Assembly (NCBI GenBank): GCA_040904565.1
Contig: JBBDTI010000063.1
Coordinates: 1 to 19,068, forward strand
Source of the DNA: Rhodothermales bacterium
GTDB lineage: Bacteria > Bacteroidota > Rhodothermia > Rhodothermales > VXPQ01
Direction: 5' to 3'
Length of the DNA stretch: 19,068 nt
Shown: positions 1-8,300 of the stretch, piece by piece
Position numbering within the stretch: the first letter of the stretch is position 1
Layout of the letters: every line of letters begins with the position of its first letter
Program-made: the position numbers and the translations under genes
The notes under the pieces: generated by a model
Seen by the model: only the letters and a program-made list of their open reading frames with translations
The model's database searches: none
What the model was told of the DNA's origin: nothing

Positions 1-27
1 ATCTCCGGCGCGCGGGCTATAAGGCCG

Positions 28-121
28 GTGAGGTCTGTGCGGTCTGTGGAGTCTGCGTGGTCCGTGGGGTCTGTACGGTCTGTGGAGTCTGCGTGGTTCG
101 TGAGGTGTGTGTGGTCTGTGG
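28..121. repeat. 36-bp imperfect tandem repeat (~2.5 copies, built of 9-bp subunits)
   Basis: gtgaggtctgtgcggtctgtggagtctgcgtggtcc (28-63), gtggggtctgtacggtctgtggagtctgcgtggttc (64-99), partial third copy from 100. Confidence 0.85.
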
Positions 122-306
122 GAATGGGAATGGGGATGGCTGTGGTGAGTGCCGTGGTGCTGGCCGTAGGATTTTTTGGCCGGCGGGGTGATATTTACCG
201 GCTACTGGTGTCTATAATAATACGCGATGACAACTGCCGAGGTGGACGCGCGTATAATCTATAATTAGGGTCAGGCTACAGCAGGGATCAAAACTGGAAC
301 CGACTG

Positions 307-561
307 ATGCTATCTACGCCTTATATCGAACGCGCGGAGCCGCATGAGGATCATACGATCACGCTGCATTTCGAGAACGGAGAACGAAAGCAGCTCGATA
401 TGAAACCGTATCTGGAAACGCCGGCGTTCAGATCGCTGCAGGATCTGTCTCTATTCCGTCAGGTACGGGTCGTTCACGGGTCTCTCGAGTGGCCCGGCGA
501 GCGCGACCTGGCGTACGATTCGCTCTATGCGGAAGCAATACCGATGGAAGAGGAGGGGTAG
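307..561 (+). CDS. DUF2442 domain protein
   Basis: 84 aa with typical pattern: TITLHFENGERKQLDMKPYL...F..L.D...F.QV.V..G.LEWPGERDLAYDSLY. Confidence 0.85.
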   Translation: MLSTPYIERAEPHEDHTITLHFENGERKQLDMKPYLETPAFRSLQDLSLFRQVRVVHGSLEWPGERDLAYDSLYAEAIPMEEEG

Positions 562-578
562 GTAGAGCCCTTGAGCTA

Positions 579-869
579 ATGGCTGAACCTCGTACACCAT
601 CCGATTCTGCTGCGTCGCCGCTACCCATGCTTCCTCGGATCGTCAAGGTCGAGGCAGAGACGGGGACACATAATATTGTGGCCACATTCGCATCCGGTGA
701 GAAGCGTCGCTACGACGTGACGCCGCTGCTTGGCAAGGGTAATTTTCAGCGAATCCAAAATGAGGACGCATTCGCCGCGGTGAATGTAGACGAGATGGGC
801 GGTATCGTATGGGATGCCGGCCCGGACCTGTCAAGAGATACGGTCTACTTGGTAGGCGAGCCTGCCTGA
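579..869 (+). CDS. DUF2442 domain protein (second copy; start 579 or 627)
   Basis: IVATFASGEKRRYDVTPLL.KG.F..I.NEDAF..V.VDEMGGIVWDAGPDLSRDTVY; the ORF-track start at 489 overlaps the upstream gene and is unlikely. Confidence 0.8.
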   Translation: MAEPRTPSDSAASPLPMLPRIVKVEAETGTHNIVATFASGEKRRYDVTPLLGKGNFQRIQNEDAFAAVNVDEMGGIVWDAGPDLSRDTVYLVGEPA

Positions 870-941
870 TTCGATCGCGTACGTGTTTCTTAAGGACCCA
901 ACTTGGGGATCTGTAACTGGGACTCAACGGCTGGAGATAGC

Positions 942-1160
942 ATGTTGACACGTTCTGCCAAAATCATATTGCGGGACGCGCTCGCGTTGGATGAGTCCGA
1001 CCGTGCGGCTGTTGCCGGACTGCTGATTCAAAGCTTGGACGACGTTCCAGACGAGGGCGTCGAAGATGCCTGGGCCGCCGAAGTTGACCGACGCGCTAAG
1101 CAGATTGATTCCGGTGAGGTCGCCACTATTCCGTGGGAAGAAGTGCGGGTTAATTGGTAG
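942..1160 (+). CDS. Putative addiction-module antitoxin component (TIGR02574/Unstab_antitox-like)
   Basis: ALAL...DRA.VA..LI.SLD...VEDAWAAEV.RR...IDSGEV..IPWEEV signature; GGAG RBS upstream of ATG 942. Confidence 0.85.
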   Translation: MLTRSAKIILRDALALDESDRAAVAGLLIQSLDDVPDEGVEDAWAAEVDRRAKQIDSGEVATIPWEEVRVNW

Positions 1161-1228
1161 ATAAGAGCGCGTCGGCTGACTGATGCAGCGTTGGACACGG
1201 TACGTATGGCGGGCCCTATCAAGGTCGA

Positions 1229-1450
1229 ATGAAATTGGGACCGGAAGAAATCGAATTCACTACGGAGAGTGAAGGCATGGCCCTTTCTGAAGTGCTCACG
1301 ACCCTACGTTCGCTCAGTGCCAACGTGGCCGATCTTACCGAGAATGTGATATCCTTGACGGGAGAGGTCAGGTCATTGAAGTGGATCGTCCCACTGATCG
1401 TGGCGGTTGAAGTTGCGCTAATTACCGTTGTTGTCACGCTGGCAGGCTGA
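1229..1450 (+). CDS. Small hypothetical protein, short coiled coil plus C-terminal transmembrane helix
   Basis: Heptad-like LRSLSANVADLTENVISLTGEVRSL followed by hydrophobic WIVPLIVAVEVALITVVVTLAG. Confidence 0.55.
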   Translation: MKLGPEEIEFTTESEGMALSEVLTTLRSLSANVADLTENVISLTGEVRSLKWIVPLIVAVEVALITVVVTLAG

Positions 1451-1481
1451 TCACGATCGTTCCGGTCTGCTCGATTTCCAG

Positions 1482-1784
1482 TCATATCATCACGATCTCG
1501 TCCATAATTCGAGGCCTGACACGAGGTTTAAGCGCGTCCTTCATCACCAGATCGACCTGAATGCCGAGCAGGTCACTCAAGTGGTTCTCAAGCTCAATGA
1601 ACTTGAGGAGACTCGGCGTCTCATCGAATTCGACCAGCACGTCCAAGTCGCTCTCGTCGCGTTGCTCATGCCGCACGTACGAGCCAAAGAGCCCAATCGA
1701 GCTCACGTTATAGCGCGACGATAAGGAAGGGAACTCCTGGTGGAGCATTTCCTGGATTTCTGAAATGCTTCGCCTTTCTGGCAT
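1482..1784 (-). CDS. Minimal nucleotidyltransferase (MNT/MntA-type antitoxin)
   Basis: 100 aa; IGLFGSYVR.EQ...SDLDVLVEF (GS...DxD motif), LE..LS.LLG..VDLV....LKP. Confidence 0.9.
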   Translation of the reverse strand: MPERRSISEIQEMLHQEFPSLSSRYNVSSIGLFGSYVRHEQRDESDLDVLVEFDETPSLLKFIELENHLSDLLGIQVDLVMKDALKPRVRPRIMDEIVMI

Positions 1785-1904
1785 CTACGTTGGTGGTCAG
1801 GATCGTACGGCGTTGGGCGATGGAGTGGAAGGGCTTGAACAGCGGTGCCAACCAGTTTTGCTGGTCGCAGTTCGTCGTGGTCTCGACTGACCTCAGCCCG
1901 AATA

Positions 1905-1968
1905 TTACATATGCAGGGTTGGACACGTTACATTTGCAGGGTTGGACACGTTACATTTGCAGGGTTGG
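1905..1968. repeat. 23-bp tandem repeat (2.8 copies) between the divergent MNT and AAA ATPase genes
   Basis: ttacatWtgcagggttggacacg at 1905-1927 and 1928-1950, partial at 1951-1968. Confidence 0.95.
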
Positions 1969-2074
1969 TTTAATATAAAGCATTAAATAGTGGAAACTTT
2001 TCGGAAACAATAATCGTCGTTTGACATCAAGCTATTTTGATGAGATACGTTGTTAAATTACGCCGAAGGACGTC

Positions 2075-3329
2075 ATGAGCACGTATCTACCGAGAATCGT
2101 TGACGCGGAACTGATTGAGCGTCTTTCGTCGTCCGGGGCCGTCGTTATTGAGGGTCCGAAAGCATGCGGGAAGACGGAGACGGCACGGCAGGTTGCTGCA
2201 AGCGAAGTACTACTTGATGTTGATGCGTCTGCGCGTGAAGCCGTTGCCGTAGACCCGACGCTCATACTGAAGGGTGACGTCCCGCGTCTAATCGACGAAT
2301 GGCAGTTGGAGCCTGCTATCTGGAACCACATCCGCCGCACTATCGACGCGCGCGGAAAACCGGGACAGTTCATCTTGACGGGAATCGGCCGTCCCTTCCG
2401 ACGATATTACACGGCACACAGGTGCAGGGCGACTTACTCGTTTGCAGATGCGCCCCATGTCTCTGGCGGAAACTAACCATTCGACGTGCGGCATATCACT
2501 CCAGAAGCTGCTCCGAGGAGTTCCTCCCAGCGATGCTTCCAGCGATTTGACCGTCCGCGACCTGGCGGAGGTTGTAGCCATGGGCGGTTGGCCTGGACAC
2601 CTTTACCGCGATTCCAAGCAATCGATTCGTGCCGTAAGAGACTATCTCAACGAAATACGCCACGTAGACATCGGTCGCATCGATGAAACGAGGCGCGACC
2701 CCGAAAAAGTAGGAAGGTTTCTTCGATCCCTCGCTAGGAATGTGGCTACGTGTACGTCTATCTCGACCCTCGCTATGGACGCCGGCGGCGCAGACGGACC
2801 GTTATCCGACGACGCCGCGTCGGCCTACCTGGCGTCCCTCGAGCGCCTGATGATCGTCGAAGATCAGCCGTCCTGGGCTACGCACCTTCGCTCGAAATCG
2901 ATTCTCCGAGAATCTCCAAAGCGGCACTTCGTAGACCCCTCGCTGGCCGTCGCGGCCTTGAATGCGTCGCCTGATCGGCTGCTTGAGGACCTGAACTTTT
3001 TCGGATTCCTGTTCGAGTCACTTGTCGTTCGCGACCTCCGCGTATACAGTCAGGCACTCGACGCGACCGTCTACCACTATCGTGACAATACGGGTCTGGA
3101 GGTGGATGCGATCATTCAGGACACGGAAGGCCGATGGGCGGCGTTCGAGGTCAAGCTAGGAGTAGGGCGTGTTGACGAAGCGGCCGAGAACCTCTTGAAA
3201 TTTGCCAATCGCGTCGACGTGAATAGGATGGGGGAGCCGGGCGTACTTGCCGTGATTACGTCAACCGGATACGGTTACGTCCGAGATGATGGGATAGCTG
3301 TCATTCCGATCGGGTCGCTTGGTCCGTAA
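2075..3329 (+). pseudogene. AAA_14/DUF4143 family ATP-binding protein with a single frameshift (pseudogene or sequencing error)
   Basis: Walker A GPKACGKT, Walker B LIDEWQ; removing one A at 2383/2384 restores ILTGSAVPSDDITRHTGAGRLTRLQMRPMSL and a 417-aa ORF; C-terminal FVDPSL, FESLV, EVDAI...AFEVK. Confidence 0.88.
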
Positions 3330-3393
3330 TGCAATGGGTCCCCGTTCGGTCAGGGTCCCTTGCGACAGTGCCCCTTGCTCGATTCGTTCACCC

Positions 3394-3437
3394 CCCCTTA
3401 TCGAATAACTCAGTCGACTGAGTTATTCGATAAGGGG
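3394..3437. repeat. Perfect 44-bp palindrome (copy 1 of a dispersed element)
   Basis: ccccttatcgaataactcagtc|gactgagttattcgataagggg, no loop. Confidence 0.95.
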
Positions 3438-3442
3438 ACTGA

Positions 3443-3472
3443 AATAGAGTACCCGAGAATAGAGTACCCGAG
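3443..3472. repeat. Perfect 15-bp tandem duplication
   Basis: aatagagtacccgag x2. Confidence 0.95.
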
Positions 3473-3552
3473 GCCGTACCGTTCAGGGTGAGAAGGGAAT
3501 CCAGCGGCCGCGAACCCACTATCAGTTCAGCTAGAGCGCAGGGCCGCACACG

Positions 3553-3589
3553 AAAAAAGGCACCCCCCACTGGATGCGGGAGGTGCCTT
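3553..3589 (-). terminator. Rho-independent terminator of the S8 peptidase gene
   Basis: Minus strand aaggcacctccc-gcatccagt-ggggggtgcctt stem-loop running into TTTTTT, ~45 bp after the stop at 3633. Confidence 0.8.
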
Positions 3590-3632
3590 CAGGCCCGGTA
3601 GGAGACAGGCCGCTTCTGTGTGGACGTAGTGC

Positions 3633-5018
3633 CTACGGCAGATCTTGTACGTACAGGCTCTTATTCGTCGTTCCCGACGGCACGCCGCTAATGTTGGCGC
3701 GGGCCTTACTGACCAGGTTCGCGCGGACCGCCTCCGGCGACATATCCGGATGCCGGGCCAGCATGAGCGCGACGGCGCCCGTCACGAACGGCGCGGCGAT
3801 CGACGTGCCCGACGTGTAGTTGACGGCGTTGCCGCTCGTGAGCGACTCGACGTCCACACCCGGAGCGCTGATGTCGATCACCGAGCCGTAGTTTGAGAAC
3901 GGAGCGAAGATGCCGCTCTCATCGAAGGCGCCCACGGTGATGGCTTCGGGCACGTGGGCCGGCGAGACGGTCGAGGCATCGATGCCCGAGTTACCGGCGG
4001 CGACCACGTAGGTGATGCCGCTGGCGATCGAGGTCGAGATCGCGCGGTCCAGCCCAGTCTGAGCCGTCGTACCGACCTCGGCGCCGAGGCTGACATTGGC
4101 CACCATTGGGATGGAAGGATTTGCGAGGCGCCGCTCGGTCAGGTATTCCACCGCGTGGATGACGCGCGAGAACGGTGCGGTACCGTCATCACCGAGCACT
4201 TTCAGGGCGTGCACCCGCGCACCCGGGACGACGCCGACGGCCCCCTTGTTGTTGTCCGACGCCGCGACGGCGCCCGACACGGCGGTGCCGTGGGCGTTGA
4301 TGTCGAGTTCGGATGTAAGGCCACAGTCTCGCACGTCGCCGCTCGTAAAGTCGAGACACTCCGTGACGTTCAGGTCCGCGTGGAAAGCGCCCGTATCGAA
4401 GATGTACACATCGATGTCGACACTTCCCTTTCCATCGCCCGACTTCGTAAACGTCTTATCCGCCCCGATCGCCGGAATTGCCCACGGCGTCATCTGCTCA
4501 GTCTGAAGCAGGCCCAGCAGCGTGTTCGTGGTCAGCTCGACGACGCCCAAGGTCTCGTTGACGAGCAGATCGATAAGTCCCAGCTTGATGTCGGGCTCGA
4601 CCCACGCTACGTTCGGGTCCTCAATCAGCTCCTCGAGAAACGCATCCAGATTATCGAGAGGGACCGTCCCGGCGAGTCCGTTCACTACCGTCGTGAACTC
4701 GTAGCGGATCGCATACTCATACCGGATGGCGTACTCATAGCGGATGGCATATTCGTAGGGGGACGCCACGTCGTCGTCGTATCCGATGATGAGGCCTACG
4801 ACGGATAGATCGTCGTCTTTCGACGGCACTTCCTGCGTGGCCTCGTCAAAGTACTCCGCCAGATGGACCTTGCTGTGAGTCACGTCCGACGTACTGGTGC
4901 CGGGAACGACCTCTGCGTCGGATGCCGTGGGGAGGTCGCTGCAGGCGGGCGTCAGCGTGAGGATGGCCGTAAGAACGACGGCCGTAATACTGCGAAAGAA
5001 GGGAGAAGGTGCTCTCAT
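3633..5018 (-). CDS. S8 subtilisin-like serine peptidase, predicted lipoprotein with I9-like propeptide (start 5018 or 5054)
   Basis: Catalytic motifs FDTG, HGTAVSG, AAGN, GTSIAAP; signal peptide ending LTLTPA-C; propeptide ...DPNVAWVEPD. Confidence 0.93.
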   Translation of the reverse strand: MRAPSPFFRSITAVVLTAILTLTPACSDLPTASDAEVVPGTSTSDVTHSKVHLAEYFDEATQEVPSKDDDLSVVGLIIGYDDDVASPYEYAIRYEYAIRYEYAIRYEFTTVVNGLAGTVPLDNLDAFLEELIEDPNVAWVEPDIKLGLIDLLVNETLGVVELTTNTLLGLLQTEQMTPWAIPAIGADKTFTKSGDGKGSVDIDVYIFDTGAFHADLNVTECLDFTSGDVRDCGLTSELDINAHGTAVSGAVAASDNNKGAVGVVPGARVHALKVLGDDGTAPFSRVIHAVEYLTERRLANPSIPMVANVSLGAEVGTTAQTGLDRAISTSIASGITYVVAAGNSGIDASTVSPAHVPEAITVGAFDESGIFAPFSNYGSVIDISAPGVDVESLTSGNAVNYTSGTSIAAPFVTGAVALMLARHPDMSPEAVRANLVSKARANISGVPSGTTNKSLYVQDLP

Positions 5019-5328
5019 TGGTCGAGACGAATCTGTGGTGAACAGGCAAGACATATCCCGGGAGAGCTTGTGGGGTATCGGCGGGCGCGCGAAAAACTTA
5101 AGAGCAAATCCCGGAAAAGCGGGGATACGCGTGCAGAAGTCTGGTAAACCCGCCCGCGCGAGCCCGGCTTTGTACCCTGGAGAGCGGCAGGGGCTTTAGT
5201 CGGGCCGCTGATGGACGATCACAGAAGTAAGGCGCCGACGGAATATTGACTCGCGGTCGGATCCTACGCGATCGTACGGATCCGGAAACCGCCCTCCGTC
5301 CTCCCATTTTCGGTAACTCCTTCTCTCG

Positions 5329-8300
5329 ATGAACGACCTTCGCCCAAACAAACGGCCGTCGCTCCGTCGCTTGACGGCCGCGATGACGAGCGTCGTTCTG
5401 GTCCTGGCGTGTCTCGCCGTGCCGGCTCGCGGGCAGGCGTCGGTCGATGTCACGTCGCTCGACCCCTCACTGGGTATGACGCAGTACGTCCACGATACGT
5501 GGACGGTCGAGGACGGACTGCCTCAGAACGCCGTCCTTACGATGAAGGAGGCGTCCGACGGCTATCTCTGGATCGCTACGCAGGCGGGACTCGTCCGCTT
5601 CGACGGGCTGCGCTTTGAGGTGTACGACCGGCAAGACGGGCTTGGCAACAACGAGGTGCGCTCGCTGGCACTCGGCAAGGACGGTGACCTGTGGATCGGC
5701 ACGCACGGCGGCGGGTTGACGCACATGGCGGAGCACGGCACTACGACCTACACGGCCGAAGACGGCCTTCAGAGCAATCTCGTGCGGGCGCTCCACCGCA
5801 GCCGTGACGGCACGCTTTGGATCGGTACGATCGAAGGCGGATTGGCGAGGTTTGACGGACAACGTTTTGAGCAATTCGACGCAAACGACGGCCTGGCCGG
5901 CAACGTCGTCCTCGCCATCGAGGAAACCGACGACGGCAAGCTCTGGATCGGCACCGAGGCCGGACTCACCATCTACGACGGCAGAACGTTTTCTACCGTT
6001 CAAGACGAACGCATCATGGACCGCCTCGTGTGGGCTATCGAGCCGGCCGTCGGTGGGGGCTATTGGGTTGGGCTGTCGGGCGGCCTCGCTCTGCTGCGTG
6101 ACGGCCGCGTAACCGCGTACTACGCCGAGGAAGACGGCCTCTGCGGCAACGTCGTCGACGCACTGCTCGTAGACCGACGTGGCACGCTCTGGATTGGAAC
6201 GCTCGGCGGCGGGCTCTGCCGGCTCGTCGGCGAAACGTTCGAAACGATGCGCGAGGAGGACGGCCTTGCCAGCAACCGCGTGCGCTCTCTTCTTGAGGAT
6301 CGAGAGGGCAATGTCTGGATAGGCACCGAGGCCGGCCTCACTCGGCTCCGGCAGGGTAAATTCATTCACACGACCGCCCGTGAGGGGCTTGCTGGCGACA
6401 TGGTCATGACCGTCCTAGAGGATGAGGACGGCGCTTTATGGGTGGGTACGAAGAGCCACGGACTCACGCGCATCCGCGGGGCCGAGATGCGTCAGGTCTC
6501 GACGGCGAACGGGCTGCCGAGCAACTACGTCTCGGCCCTCGATGCCGGGAAATCTGGGCTTTGGATCGGCATGTACGGCGGCGGCGCGTGCAGGCTCGAC
6601 GTCGCTCGACTGCAATGCGTCGACCGGGCGGACGGTCTGCCCAGCTCCAACGTCTACGCCGTCCTGGAAGACGATGATGGCCGGGTCTGGATCGGGACCG
6701 ATGCCGGCCTACGTATCCTGGAAGACGGGCAGCTGACAGTGCCGGAAAACGAGGCCCTCGCGAGCGAGCAGATCAGCGTGATCCATCTAGCTGAAAACGG
6801 TGACATCTGGATTGCGGCGCACGGCGTGTACGTCGTCCGTGGCGAGACCGTACGCAGACTGGACGACGAGCAGGGGTTGACCGACGTCATCGTCACCGTC
6901 CTTTTCGAGGATGTGGACGGCACGATGTGGGCCGGAACCTACGGCGCGGGCCTCTGCCGAGTCCGGGACGATGACGTTCGCTGCCTGACGACGGAGCAAG
7001 GGCTTCTGAGCGACCAGATGCTTCAGGTCATCGTCGACGACCGGCGGATGCTCTGGATGGGTACGCAGCAGGGACTCGCTCGGATCAGCCTATCCGACCT
7101 CTCGGACGTGCTCGAGGGTCGGAAGGCGACCCTCGGCGTCGAGCAATTCGGCCGGGCGGACGGAGCCGAATTTACTGAGGTGAACGGCGGCACCCAGCCT
7201 TCATCCTGGAAGCTGCGGGATGGGCGCCTGGCCTTCGCAACCAATTACGGCCTCGCAATGGTCGATCCGTCCACGATTCGCACGAACCCCGTGGCTCCGG
7301 CCGTCCACGTCGAGGCCATCGACGCGAACGGCGGGCCGGTGAGTGACATCCAGGACGTTCGCCTCGCGGCCGGCACGAAGGACATGCACATCCGTTACAC
7401 CGGAATCAGCTTCACCGCCCCCGAAGAAGTCCGCTTCAAATACAGGCTCGAAGGCTACGACGCCGACTGGGTCGACGCCGGAAGCCGGCGCGAGGCGTAC
7501 TACACGAACCTGGCGCCCGGCGACTATACCTTCCGCGTCATCGCGGCCAACAACGACGGGGTGTGGAACGAGGAAGGGGACTCCGTCACGTTCTACCTCG
7601 AACCGTACTTTTACGAGACCTGGTGGTTTGCGCTTCTGTGCGGTCTGTTAGCCGTGGCCCTCACGGCCGCCGGCTATCGCCTTCGCATCCGCCATTTGCG
7701 CGAGCGCGAGCGCGAGCTCGAACAGCAGGTCGACGAACGGACGCGCGATCTCCGGATCGAAAAGGAGCGGACCGAAGAAGCGAAGGTGGTCATCGAAGGC
7801 CAGGCGGATCAGCTGCGCGACCTCAACAGCGATCTCGAAGAGCAGGCGGAGAAGCTCCGCGATCTGAACGAGAACCTGCAGACCAAGGTGCAGGAGCAGT
7901 TCGATCTGCTCGTGAAGGAGCGTGAGCGGTACGAATCCGACCTGATCGACGCAAAGGAGCGGGCCGAGGCCTCCGACCGACTGAAGACGGCCATCCTAAA
8001 CAACCTGAGCCACGAGTTCCGCACGCCGCTGACGGCCATACTGGGCTTCACCGAGATCATCGCGATGGAAGCGCCCGACGACCTGCAGGAATTTACCGGA
8101 GAGATCGACCGCGGCGGCAAGCGGCTGCTCCGGACGCTCGACGCGCTGCTCGAGTTTTCCCGGTTGGAGGCCAACGAGTCCGGCATGAGCCCGACGTCCG
8201 TCGATCTCACCACGACCGCCTTCTCCGTCGTGCGCGATCTCAAGAAGGTCGCCGAGAAAAAGGACCTTCCCCTTCACTTTAAAGCGTCGTCACCCATTCG

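Noticed and set aside
213-258. Two TATAAT hexamers (213-218, 253-258) upstream of the first DUF2442 gene
   Set aside because: Plausible -10 boxes, but no properly spaced -35 or extended -10, so not called
28-264. 78-aa plus-strand ORF
   Set aside because: Its translation simply reflects the tandem repeat; no RBS or family signal
307-1784. Integron cassette array
   Set aside because: No RYYYAAC...GTTRRRY attC structures found between the small genes and no integrase
1905-1968. CRISPR array
   Set aside because: Repeats are contiguous with no spacers, and no cas genes are present; the same applies to the other arrays
2075-5054. AAA ATPase next to an S8 protease as an IetAS-type toxin-antitoxin/defence pair
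   Set aside because: The genes are convergent with a terminator between them, the S8 has a lipoprotein signal, and the ATPase is AAA_14/DUF4143 type rather than a co-transcribed classical AAA
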